NCBI RefSeq assembly: GCF_036588685.1
Contig: NC_086386.1
Span: forward strand, 21,390,001 to 21,454,000
From: Mytilus trossulus
Lineage: Eukaryota
DNA: 64,000 nt
Direction: 5' to 3'
In this document: one piece after another, positions 13,648 through 26,652 of the stretch
How positions within the stretch are numbered: the first letter of the stretch is position 1
Layout: every line of letters starts with the position of its first letter
Made by a program: the position numbers and the translations under genes
The notes under the pieces: model-generated
What the model was told of the DNA's origin: nothing
Seen by the model: the letters and a program-made list of their open reading frames with translations, nothing else
The model's database searches: none

Positions 13648-15346
13648 ATGGAAAAGAAGAGCTTACGAATCGGGTTTGTTGGAGCTGGCGCCATTCACTT
13701 TGGACGAGGAGATTTGCCTTGGGCTCATGCTACAAGGTTAGAAAAGATGGGCCAGATAAACGTTCTTGCTATTGTTGATCCAGATACCAAAGTAGCAGAT
13801 AGTATATTAAAGGAAAAGCTGTCTTCAGACCAAACTAAGCAGTTCTACCAGGACTGTAAACTGTTAACACACCACAAAGATTTGATTGCATTGAAGCCGG
13901 ATGCAGTGTTTATAGGGATTCCCCCAGTATATCGCGGTTCATTAGATAACGGCCATGATATAGAGCTACAATTTATTAAGGCTGGAATTCATGTTTTTGT
14001 AGAGAAGCCTCTTTCAGTTGTTCCACCAGAGAAATTTGATCAGTACAAGGATGAAATACAGAGAGTCAGTAGTGAGAATAATGTGATTGTATCTGTCGGT
14101 TACATGTTTAGGTAGGCAGAAGTACAATATATGATATAGTATTTAAAAGTACAGTTGTGGCATCTCAGGAGTTCAATATTTTCCCCAATTAAAAAAAGTA
14201 TCGCAAAAATAAACATACACTGTATACACTGTACACATACGCCTATAGTTCTAGTGCAGATAAAGTTCTCAAACAGGGACTCTGTATCAAAGAAAATAAT
14301 TATTATCTTTCTGAGAAGGTCAAAACAATTCTGATGCACATTTTTGTTCTTTAATAAGTTGGTATAATCATAAAACGTGTATCATTTGTATAATTTGTTT
14401 GCATTCCAAATGATTTGAATATTATTAGCATCTACGCCTTTTGAATAATTCTACAAAGGATGAAAACTTTTAAGTGTACCATTTCTCCAACAGTAATTGT
14501 TTTCTTTTCATGCAAGGTCAAAATGATACATATTGAGAAGCTATATTAAATTTCCATCAGGATTACTGATTGCATCCTTTAATATGACAAAGCCGTATTC
14601 TATGATATGCATTAAAAACTGTAAAGTGCAGTTCCACAATATTATTTTTATTAATGTCTTTCAGATACCACGACGCCATTATCAAAATGAAGGAACTTAT
14701 TAAAGAACACGGAAAGAAGGTCATGGCCTTCAATGCCCGATATTACTACGCTTACTCAGATGGCGTCAATAAATACTGGTACAACCAAAATCTAAGCGGT
14801 GGACCAATAGTTGAACAGGCTACACATCTATGTGATTTAGGGAGATATATCGTTGGAGATGTCAATTTAGACACGGTTCATACCATCATGCTCAGAGATA
14901 ACGACCCATCTGGGGCCGGATGTCTATCACATTTGCCACATGATGGCGAGGAAGATATTCCCCCTGGTCAAAAACTCCCCAGAGTAACGCTTAGCCATTG
15001 GCGATTTAAAGACGGTGCCGTTGGGACACTGATGCATTCTATAGCCATACCCGGAAGTAGATACGAAGCAACAGTTGAGGTTCAATTAGACGGAATGCAG
15101 TTGTCACTAATTCGACCGTACGAAGACGAGTGTATTTTACGTGTAAGGGATATCAAGTCAGGAGATCCAAACAAAGATGTGGATTACACATTCAGGGGAA
15201 ACGACTCTTACTATAATGAACTTAGTACCTTCGTGAAGGCAGTTAAATCTGGAGATAAGTCTGGCATTAAAAGCTCGTATGAAGATGCGTCGAAGACGTA
15301 TTTGTTAACATGGAAAATAAGAAGAATGGGAGAACAGAACAACTAA
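13648..15346 (+). CDS. Gene 2: Gfo/Idh/MocA-family NAD(P)-dependent oxidoreductase (381 aa, 2 coding exons)
   Basis: Exons 13648-14111 and 14665-15346 joined by a phase-2 GT..AG intron give VGYMFRYH. Rossmann motif RIGFVGAG, HVFVEKP, and GGPIVEQATHLCDL. A probable non-coding first exon ends at AG|gtaatg near 12234. Confidence 0.92.
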
Positions 15347-15626
15347 GTTACACTATCATGAATAACATTATAATACAGGACATGGTGTACCAAACATTTA
15401 AGGAAAACAACTAAATATGTAGTAGTATCTACATATGTAAGAAGGCGATTATAATTTAGAGAAAAACTTACAAGAAAGGTGCACATTAAACGACATAAAC
15501 TTGAAGATTGCTTTCAGTTAAACAATAGGCTCAAAATAGTTAGTTAAGCAAATATAAAAAAAAAAGGTAATATGATTGCCAATTGCAACGAGACAGCACT
15601 TTACTACATTAAACAACTTTATAAAA

Positions 15627-15820
15627 AAAAGAAAATGTGGTATGATTGCCAATTAGACAACTGTCCACAAGAGACCAAAATGACACAGACATTGACAACT
15701 ATAGGTCACCGTATACGGCCTACAACAATGAGCAAAGCCAATACCGCATAGTCAGCTATAAAAGGCCCCGATAAGACAATGTAAAACAATTCAAACGAGA
15801 AAATCAACGGCCTTATTTAT
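15627..15820 (+). mobile_element. Dispersed repeat family B, 5' part
   Basis: High identity to 22445-22640. Confidence 0.8.
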
Positions 15821-17080
15821 ATTAAAGTAATATTTAGACGATTTTACTTGATATAGGTAAGATATGATAAGTCAGTCCTGTGTTATTTGACCACTATCGC
15901 GCGAGTAGCAAATACTTTAAGTTTGGTATATATTGTATCGAGGAAGATATAGGTGTATTTGTTTCTCAAAGCAATAAAAAAAAAATACTTACTCGGCGAA
16001 CCCATATGGTTGAGGTATGGAAATGTTGCTTACACCAGGAGATGCTTGAATGAAATCTAATCATCAAAACAAGAAATCACGAATCGCTGACTTCTATATT
16101 TCTTTACAATAATGGTAGACCATGTCCACAGGGATTAGTAATTAAATGAGATGTATTTTTACTGAACGGGTTTGCACAGTGTAATTTGTTAAAAATATAT
16201 CTAGATATATTCAAGAAAATGTAACAAAAAGATATGTATAAAATATGTGTATGCTTTCATATATAAATGTTTAATAAAAGATTATGTTCATTTTGATTGC
16301 GTGAACAGAACTGTTGGACTACAAAATGTTGCATTGATATACTGTTATAATTATTATATTGACCAACAGTTCAACTCCAAATGTGACTGTAGTATTTGAA
16401 ATTACTCGTAAAACACCGACTATTTGGTTCCACCAGTCTACGGGGATATTATAATCTGTATTTTCCAACAGCCATCAGATCTTATGATCATCCGAGCAAA
16501 CAGGTACGTCATTCCTTTGATTTGTAGTTTTGAATTAATCTTACTGCTACTAATAACAGTAGCAAGCGATATCTAACTGGACTAGTAAGTGCTCAAAATA
16601 TCAATTATTTTGTAAACATATTAATAAATAATACAGGAATCTGTTATTTAATTTATCGTTATAGAGCTTTGATATATTAGATGACTTTTAGATTACATCG
16701 AAGTAAGAATTTACTTAACTAACAATAAAAGCATCAACATTTGATTCATATTAAATTCATATTATGAATTGAAGCCCATCCAAGCAGACATTTTGCAAGA
16801 CTTTATCATAAACAGTCTAAGATTTGTTGGGTTGAAAGGGAACGAGAAAGCCTTTAATATAATTTATACAACTGTGAAACCTGGCAAGAATGTACAAAAC
16901 TAGTATTACCAAAGGGATGTTTGTATCACACAAGTGCATATGTGTAAAACTTGTAACCTTCACTTGACAAAGAAAGTTCAATGTTCTATCACAATTTCTA
17001 ACAAGTTACTTACCTGATGTTCAGTGGTTGTCGTTTGTTGTTTTAGTTTATATATATATATATATATATATTCATAAGTG

Positions 17081-17339
17081 ACATCTTCATGCCTTATATA
17101 TCATGTACTGTAGTACGCCGCTAGATTAACACTGACGTGGAAAGGTAACATATGGCCAGCGAAGCTCTTTTTTTGAGAGCCCAGATGGTCATGTGGTCTA
17201 GCGGGACGGCTGCAGTGCAGGCGATTTGGTGTCACGATATCACAGTAGCATGGGTTCGAATCCCGGCGAGGGAAGAACCAAAAATTTGCGAAAGCAAATT
17301 TACAGATCTAACATTGTTGGGTTGATGTTTAGACGAGTT
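17081..17339 (+). mobile_element. Element with an internal tRNA-like segment (A box 17186-17196, B box 17253-17263), truncated copy ending in (TA)n
   Basis: tggtcatgtgg and ggttcgaatcc boxes; GAAA hairpin at 17282-17301; inverted partner at 17407-17666. Confidence 0.75.
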
Positions 17340-17406
17340 ATATATATATATATATATATACAACTCGTCTAAACATCAACCCAACAATGATATATATATA
17401 TATATA

Positions 17407-17770
17407 CAACTCGTCTAAACATCAACCCAACAATGTTAGATCTGTAAATTTGCTTTCGCAAATTTTTGGTTCTTCCCTCGCCGGGATTCGAACCCATGCT
17501 ACTGTGATATTTTGACACCAAATCGCCTGCACTGCAGCCGTCCAGCTAGACAACACGATCACCTGGGTTCTCAAAAAAAGAGCTTCGGTGGGCATGTGTT
17601 ACCTTTCCACGTCAGTTTTAATCTAGCGGCGTACTACAGTACATGATATATAAGGCATGAAGATGTTATTGTTACAGATCAGCTAAATTGTCTATATTAA
17701 AGGATCCTACAAATTAATGTAAGATACAGTCACAGAAAATAATTATATCCATAAGTACGTCTGAGTCAGT
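17407..17770 (-). mobile_element. Longer inverted copy of the same tRNA-like element, with (TA)n on both sides
   Basis: Reverse complement of 17081-17339 plus about 105 bp more; (TA)n at 17390-17406 and 17771-17790. Confidence 0.75.
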
Positions 17771-20038
17771 TATATATATATATATATATAAGGGTTTCTC
17801 GATTTCGTTTTTTATTTAGATTAGATGGTTTTGACAGTTTGAGTTGTTTAACACCATGTATAGCTTTCTGTTCGGTGTGAGCCAAGGCTCCGTATTGAAT
17901 ACCGTACTTTGACCAATTATGGTTTACTTTTACATATTTTGACTTGGATGAAGAGTTGTGATACCACATCTTCTTTTATCTATATACACTACATATTAAA
18001 CATAATAACAAGTGGCACGATTGACAATAAGACAACTCTTAACAAATAGGTCAAATGTCACCGAAATTAACAGCTATATGTCCCGGAACTGCCTTCAGCA
18101 ATGAGCAAAACACATACAGCATAGCTCATATGATTGCTGAAACACGTTTTTTAACCGAACGTAAGTAAAAAGAGTAAATCATGACTAACAAACAAACAAA
18201 CAAATATACAAGGGAGAGTAAAGTGACGTGTATTTGATTGACAGCTGTCTTTACTTTTCTCAATCTCTGGGTGCCTGATATATTTGAAAAGCACATTGTA
18301 TTTATTTATGAATTATAGTTCTAATTTTAAACATTTATAAAACACATTTTAAAAGTATATGAAGATACCATCTGGTGTTTCGCTTGATATACAATGTAAA
18401 AGGTACTGCTAGTAATGTGACTTCCGTATTTTTTTTTTTATTTTTTTTTTTAACTTTTCCCGAAGACCTAGTGATTAATGGCAAAGTATGCACATTACAA
18501 AACAGATGACAATCATGTTAGATTTGCAGAGCGAAAATTTGAAATCTATGAGTTTTTTAAAAGTCTTTATCGAGATGATTGCATAATAAAAATGGACTGC
18601 AATGAAAAAACATATTATTATGCCAAATGTGGATACCATATACCGGTTCGAACGGATCATTAGGCGTGCAGGTGAACCAACATTTTCATACAAAAACAGA
18701 TTGGATTTATCGTCCCCATTCCTACCGGAAGTGTTTGTGGACTAATCTATCTCATTCAGCCAATTCAAGCATATCGTGCAGAGGAATCAAAAAAAGAAGT
18801 GGGTGACATTTCACCTTCACTAGGTACTCTCAGTGACATTTGAGGGGAGAAGTGAAAAAACTCGAACAATGAAATATCTATGATGGCGAGAGTAGATTTA
18901 TATTTTTATTACATATTTTAGGACAGCTTTTTTGAGGCATTTTACAATGAAATCGACACAAGCACATCTATTTCGAAACGTACAGATAAGGATAGTGCTA
19001 CATGTATAATAGCTTCATTCCAATTCTATTGGGAAGCACTTCAATACAAATAAAGTAACACTTCTACAAGGTGCGGGGGTAGATGTAGTTCCAAGTAACA
19101 ATTTTGTTTGCGGTTGATTTCAGTTCACTGTCATTTTTATATGGATATAAAAGGGGGGGAAACAATGCTTTAATGTTAAAATTTTTCCTAAGGTGTTCAT
19201 CCAGACAAGTGTAGGAGGCAGCTTGCTGGTTTTAAGTGTAATAGTAGTACACTTTTATACATTTGATTTGTAAGCTGATCATATATATTTTACATCTTGA
19301 GTGATTTTAAATCAAATTTGCAAAACAACTGTATAATTAATTCATAATATCAGCGTAAACATTCCCAACAAAGACGGCAGATCCCAGTAGAAAATCGTCT
19401 GAATAACACATATTGTAAAGTAAGACAGATTAAGAGGTACTTGATTTCAAATGAATAAACAGCCTTTTATTGCAAGGGACCCGAATGGATGCACACGTCA
19501 GTATTTACAAAAGCTTTCAAATAAGTGCAGATGTTTATGTGTAATGTATGCTGCATTTTAATATAATTTCAAGAGGTTTGTTCAGTTAAAAGCATCCATT
19601 GTATAGTAGGAACTTCAAACATATATTTCATTGGCAATACGATACAGTGGCAGCTTACATATCTTGTTGAAAATACAAGTACATTGTACGGTAGCAGTTC
19701 TTAAAAGTACGGTAGTAGTTCTTAAAATGACCGAAACCAAACTGTCATACATTTTGACACCAGACACGATCAAGGGAAAGCAAACTTACAATGTACTTAA
19801 GCATAAATATGTTCATAAAATAAAAGATAATACTATAAATAAAATACTTAAAACAGATTTCCTTTTGTCCTTAAACTTTGTGTAGGTATTAGTCAGTAAT
19901 TTAATGGCCTTATTGATACACGAAATTCTCCCCCAGACGCTTGTTGTTGTAACATATTGTAAATCTTTTCAATATTTGTAGGACGGATCTTTTTTCTGTA
20001 CGACTGTGGTAATGACCTGTTGAACCCTCATGTCTGGT

Positions 20039-20245
20039 GCTAGACTTGCTACAATTCCCTTTCTTTTATTTCTTTCTGACTTATTTATATTTCTACTAAT
20101 AAGTGCCGGTCTACTGATTGCCCTTGGAGAAAGGTTCTCCTGCAGATATATGTATAATGGTATTCTCCTTGTTAAAGTAAAATTGTTAAAGGGGCAAAAT
20201 TGAAAAAAAAAACATAATAAGGGAGGGGCTTGTAGCAAGTCTAGC
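20039..20245. mobile_element. Small MITE-like element with 16-bp TIRs
   Basis: gctagacttgctacaa ... ttgtagcaagtctagc, flanked by the direct repeat CTGGT. Confidence 0.6.
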
Positions 20246-22444
20246 CTGGTGCATATCCAAGCTCACATAACTGGTAACATCGCCTACAGTTTCTTGGTAC
20301 ACCTCTGGATATTAGACTGGTATCTACACCACATTTTCATTATTGTAATTATTTCATAGTTTCAACTGGGTTTATTTTCGTGCACGTAATCAACAATGGC
20401 CTTATGAACAAAATTCTTAGAACCTGAACCTCATTTTACCTTGCAAACTGAACACTTAATTCATATTATGAAATTCAATGTCATTATTTAGAATATATTT
20501 GATTGAAGATCAATAACTAATAATAACAAAGTCGCAAAGAAAGTACATGCTACAGTAAGTCTCCACATGACAAACATTGTACTTTGTGAGAAGTGTAAAC
20601 GGGGGAGGCAGTCGATAATTAACAATAGTAATGGATTTATGTAGCTTAAACAATTAGGAAAATAAACCAAATATGTCAAGACTTCAACGAAAGAATGTAA
20701 ATAAAAAAATTCCATTATGACAAAGAATGTTCGCGTTCTTATCGGATTTCCACCTGAAAAGTAAATTTCATTGAGAAACCAATTAAGGGATCAATAGCAA
20801 TTAGAAGAAATTGTAGTACCCTTCCTGCTAATAAAACACTTGTACAAATTAGCAGAAAATATATATTTATTTTCAAGCTTATTTACCATGGTTTGAATTG
20901 ATCTTGCATTTATAGTTTTAAATACAAGAGTTTTCTCCCTTCGTCTAGTAAGAAACCAAATTTTCAAGTTGTACTTTTATTTGGTTGATCGGATAACATT
21001 CTTTATTAATTTTAACATATATTTTTAATGTATACAAGACTCATTATGGTAGTTTTCAGAAAAATAAGCATAAAATCAATAAAAAGTAAAAACCGAAGTG
21101 AAAAATTTCTTTAGTGAACTTCATTTCTTTCTTGTTTGTAGGTCTAGAGAACGGATTTTGTGAAAACTAGCTCTTTTGTATTAATAAAGTGTCCACATTA
21201 TTTTTTACAAATAAGATATCAAACTCAAACATAAAAAAAACACACAAAAGAGTATATTAATCTAATTGTTAATAAAAATGTGTTCTCAAAGATTTATTTT
21301 TAAAAAGTGATAAATGAAAATAAATATCTAGCTTCAGAATTGATATCAAAATCAATGAATGTTTAACTATTTATCTAATGTGGAAGACGTTCTTTGTGGA
21401 GTGGATAAAAGCTTTTCTTTTCCATTCTTCCACAATTTTAAAAGATCTTTAAAAGTCTTTAATCACGATCCTATGTGAATATAAATATGCATATTTGTTA
21501 GGACAATAGAGAGAATTATGTAGACCACATGAACTTATTTGGTGACTAAAATAAATAATTATTATCTTTGACTTTTCTTTTCGATGAATTTCAATTAAAT
21601 AGCGCTCATATGCATTCAAACGGAGAATCACTCTTAACTTTGAATGATTTACATTAGTCGAAACTGAACCCCGACTTTTCCTTACGGTAAAATCAATGTG
21701 CGTGAACTTTCGATCAGTATTGGGTTCTATGTGTATTGCTGTCGTGTTTACTGTAACAAAGGAGTAGATAAAAAATATAGTAATACAATACTATTATGAT
21801 TGACTTGTCAAAACAAAAATGCTTTCTACTTGATACTTACTTAACGACACAAAAGAAATTAAAACAATAGGATAGGAATTAAACATGGCTCCAAGGAATA
21901 ATAATAAATATTAACAATTCTGAATATACATTTGGATTATGTTGAAATTAAAAAATAAAATGATAAAGTAAACAAATTTGGATAAACCAGCTTTCAGACA
22001 GTAATGATTTGGATCTTCGTTTTATGTGTCTTCGTTTCGAGGATAGCTGTAATTGGTAAGTATTGAATGCATATATAAATATACCAGTTTTAAATAATAT
22101 ATCAATAAGTACAAGCACAAACCTAAATATCTGCACACTGAGATTTTAAGTTTAACATTCGAGGAAATACAGTTTAGCTATATGTATCTATGTTGGCACG
22201 AACTCGATATTTATAAGTTTCCGTTATAGCTATATTACATATCTTGCTGTTTTTATCACAAGGCAGATGATATGAAAAACAAAAGCGGTAATTTCTATAT
22301 CCTCCGTCCCATAGCAAAGCAGTAATTCCCCAGAAATCACCCGTCCGTTCTTTCGAGAGTCCGTGTGTATGTTGTATCAGCAACTCATTATAAATCACTG
22401 AGTTTATATGGTGTCTTGAAAAGTTTGAGAACAGCTGATATTAT

Positions 22445-23103
22445 AAAAAAGAAGATGTGGTATTTTTGCCAATGCGACAACTATCCACAAAAGACCAAAA
22501 TGACACAAACATTAACAACTATAGGTAACCGTAAGGCCTTCAACAATGAGCAAATCCCATACCGCATAGTCGGCTATAAAAGGCCCCGATAAGACAATGT
22601 AAAATAATTCAAACGAGAAAACTAACGGCCTTATTTATTTTAAAAAATGAACGAAAAACAAATATGTAACACATAAACAAACGACAACCACTGAATTACA
22701 GGCTCCTGACTTGGAACAGGCACATACACAGATAATGTGGCGGGGTTAAACATGTTAACGGGATCCCAACCCTCCCCTAACCTGGGACAGTGGTATAACA
22801 GTACAAAATAAGAACGAACTACAAAAATCAGTTGAAAAAGGCTTAACTCATCAGATAGACAAAAAATACAAGTAGACGTGGCCGAGTACTTATACATCCC
22901 GACAAAAAAAGACACAATGAACAGATCTGAGAGTACTCGCAGTTATCTGACAGCTAGTTCAAAGCCACTAACAACTAATAAAAAAATCATGCATCTAAGA
23001 CTAAATAATCAATCCGCACACATCCAACATCCAATGAATTTAGTGTAAAGACGTCTTAAACAGCCAGAGAAAAACATGACCTTTTGGAATGCCAAGTTAC
23101 AGG
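22445..23103 (+). mobile_element. Dispersed repeat family B, longest copy in the window
   Basis: Shares its head and body with copies at 9178, 15627 and 57163. Confidence 0.8.
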
Positions 23104-24009
23104 TTACTTATAGCCCTATGCACTGCCGTTTTTTGTTTTGTTTTGTTTAGCTACATTTACATCTTTTTATGTTCCATAACAAAACTAGACCTTTATCCTA
23201 TTTGCGAACATGCCCATCAGAAGTAGGATCCGCCAATCCGCCTAGACAAACAATCATATTGCTATATACCATTGAAAAATCGTTATTTCGTCTCAACAAT
23301 GTATATCTACAAAAATTAATATGCTTTTGATATGATTTATATGTATAAAATAACAACATTTATCATATCAAACATGCTTTATATTTACAGCTTCTTACAT
23401 GTAATGTGTCTATTTATATTAGTAGGCATTTTTCATTCGAATTAGTTTTCGACAAGTGTATCAGATTTATGATGTCTTCGTTTCAGATTTATGATGTATC
23501 TATATATTGGGGTTTGCTTTGTTTTGCTACATGATTACTTGTAGTTGTGGAGTAGAGCTTTTCACATAGAATATATATCTCTGTCATTTATTGAGATGTA
23601 TACATTCCTAGTTTAACACTTGTAAGAATGAAGATGTTCATGAATTAGAACTAAATGATACTGTAACATGTATGTGAAGTTAGCAGCCGGTTCGTTATTC
23701 GTTATTCGATATCTAATATCCAACAGGCTGCTAGCAGTCGGATCGATATTTTTTTTTTGATTAAGTTGAAAATCATAAGAAAATGAAACACTTGATAACA
23801 TTTAAAGCATGATTTTCATAGTTAAATGACTGATAAGATAAGTAGGAAATCATTAAATGACTTCTTCAAGCTGTCGTAATTTTTCGTTGTCCTCGAATAT
23901 AAATCTTAACCCTTTTCTAAGTTACATAATTGTCTTTTTGTAATAATTATAGATTTATGTCAATAAAACGACTTCAAAGATTAACTTTTGTATATTATAT
24001 TCTAAAGAC

Positions 24010-25955
24010 AAAAATTTTAGGACAAAGGGCACAGGGTAATAGTGAGAGCCCCCTGATCTCTCAATCTTTCTAATATTATGCAGATCTTTTGTCAATAGGA
24101 AGATACAAACGTGACTAAAATGAATTTGGGTACATGTCCTGTCTTCCATGTTTACGGAGCGCCCAAAGTGCCAGTTGGATATTCAAAATATATAGCGAAA
24201 ACCTTCCCGAGACCGCTTAAATGACGTTGAGACCCTCCTGGACTTTCAATGTCCATAAAATTCACCCAAATCATTGACTCTGTATATATAAAGGTTGTAA
24301 TAAAAAGTTTTTTCAGAATAACGTCATCATCAATATCTAAGGAGGGCTTAGATTGTCACTTTTCAGCCAAATAATGTCAAAATTTTAGGACAGAGGGCAC
24401 AGGGTATTAGTGAGAGCCCCCTGATCTCTCAATCTTTCTAATATTATGCAGATCTTTTGTCAATAGGTAGATACAAACATTTGGGTTCATTTCCTGTCTT
24501 CCATAATTACGGAGCGCCGAAAGTGCCAGTTGGATATTCAAAATATAAAGCGAAAAACTACCTGAGACCGCTTAAATAATGGTGAGACCCCCTGGTCTTT
24601 CAAAGTCCATAAAATTCAACTATATCATAGACTTTGTATATATAAAGGTTGTAGCAAAAGGATTTTTTCAAAAGAATGTCATTTCCGTTATCTACGGAGG
24701 GCTTAGATTGTTACTTTTTAGCTAAAAAAAATGTCAAAATGTTAGGACAGAGGGCACAGTGCAATCTGCATAATATTAGAAAGATTGAGAGATCAGGTGG
24801 CTCTCACTATTACCATGTGCCCTTTGTCCTAAAATTTTGACATTATTTGGCTGAAAATCTAAGCCCTCCGTATATATTAATGATGACGTTATTCTGAAAA
24901 AATCCTCTTATTATAATCTTTATATATACAGAGTCAATGATTTGGTTGAATTTTATGGACATTGAAAGTCCAGGGGGATTTCAACCCCATTTAAGCGGTC
25001 TCGGGTAGGTTTTCGCTATATATTTTGAATATCCAACTCGCACTTTGGGCGCTCCGTAAACATGGAAGACAGGAAATGTACCCACATTCATTTTAGTCAC
25101 GTTTGTATCTAACTATTTACAAAAGATCTGCATAATATTAGAAAGATTGAGAGATCAGGGTGCTCTCACCATTGCACTGTGCCCTTTGTCCCAACATTTT
25201 GATATTGTTTATTTAAAAAGTGACAATCTAAACCCTCCGTAGATAACAAAAATTACATTCTTCAGACTGAAAAAAATTCATTTGATACAACCTTTATATA
25301 TACAGAGTCTATGACTTAGTTGAATTTTATGGACTCTGAAAGACCAGGGGGTCTCACCATTATTTAAGCGGTCTCAGATAGTTTTTCACTATATATTTTG
25401 AATATCCAACTGGCACTGTGGGCGTTTCGTATACATGGAAGACAGGAAGTGTACCTAAATTCCCTTTAGTCTCGGTTGTTTCTACCTTTTAGCTAAATGT
25501 CTGCATAATAATAGAAAGATTGAGAGATCAGGGGGGTCTCACCATTGCACTGTGCCTTTTGTCCCAAAATTTTGACATTTTTTAGCTAAAAAGTGACAAT
25601 CTAAGTCCTCCGTAAATAACGAAATGACATTCTTCTGAAAAAATCCATATGATACAACCTTTATATATACAGATTCTATGATTTAGTTGAATTGTATTGA
25701 CTCTGAAAGACCAGGGGAGTCTCACCATTATTTAAGCGGTCTCAGGTATTTTTTCACTTATATATTTTAAATATCCAACTGGCACTTTGGGCGTTCCGTA
25801 TACATAAAAGACAGGCAGTGTACCAAAATTCCTTTTAGTCCCGGTTGTATCTACCTATTAACTAAATGTCTGCATTATATTAGAAAGTTTGAGAGATCAG
25901 GGGGCTCTCACCATTGCACTGTGCCCTTTGTTCCAAATTTTGACATTTTTGGCTG
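24010..25955. repeat. ~370-bp tandem repeat in two oppositely oriented blocks (about 2 units forward, about 3.2 units inverted; switch near 24764)
   Basis: aaaattttaggacaaagggcac recurs near 24011, 24379 and 24737; tctgcataatattagaaagattgagagatcagg recurs near 24765, 25127, 25500 and 25869. Confidence 0.85.
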
Positions 25956-26453
25956 CAGATTTGTTTTTTTTGGCTTTCCATAAATACTTCTATTTATATT
26001 CTAAATTTGTTTAGAGTTATCATGATCATAAAGAAGGGAACACATTATAAAGTCCACATAAAGCTATATAAATGAAAGCTAAGGACCATAGCAATATCAA
26101 AGTTACGTTTAGCAGCACACTATGACTATGAATAGAGAAGAATATTGAAGATGTAGAAATTTTATTTATTTTTGTCACTTTATTGCTATTTCATTTACGT
26201 TAACCAGCTGGCATTTTTAATTGGTCAGTAGTGACCCTTTGAAACGCTGCATGTAAGATCTATCAAATACGCCCTTTCTTTGAAGGCAGTAACAAATCCA
26301 CCATTCCCCTACTCATATACGCCAACCGTTTTTTGAATTTGCACATACATGTAGCATATTTTCATCTTTCCCGAATATGTTGCAAACACATACATTGTAA
26401 TTAGATGAGCATTACGTTTTCGCGGCATTATTTATGATTATGTTTCCTTGCAG

Positions 26454-26652
26454 AGCCAGCATGTTCTAACCTATTACCATTTGCTGCATCAACAACGTGG
26501 AGAACAAGTAGCAAAGGAACATGGACAATTAATGCAGGTCAGACACAAATACAAAATTTTGAAGTAACCACAAGTAGTGTTACCGGACCTGTCAAATACA
26601 CAATGGATTGTGAGGATGATACAACAGATACTGATGGATACACTTTACTTAA
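26454..26652 (+). CDS. Gene 3 ectodomain exon (PACSNLLPF...YTLLK)
   Basis: ttgcag acceptor and AA|gtgagt donor; open frame. Confidence 0.75.

Noticed and set aside
17178-17280. Functional tRNA gene
   Set aside because: A and B boxes are present but I could not fold a canonical acceptor stem or cloverleaf, and the segment lies inside a repeated element.
22640-22915. 91-aa minus-strand ORF, and similar ORFs at 32042, 32197, 1637 and 42620
   Set aside because: They lie within dispersed repeat families and show no protein features.
21696-23545. Candidate signal-peptide first exons for gene 3 (MCVNFRSVLGSMCIAVVFT near 21696; MMYLYIGVCFVLL near 23492)
   Set aside because: Neither has a phase-1 donor matching the exon at 26454, so the start of gene 3 is left unassigned.
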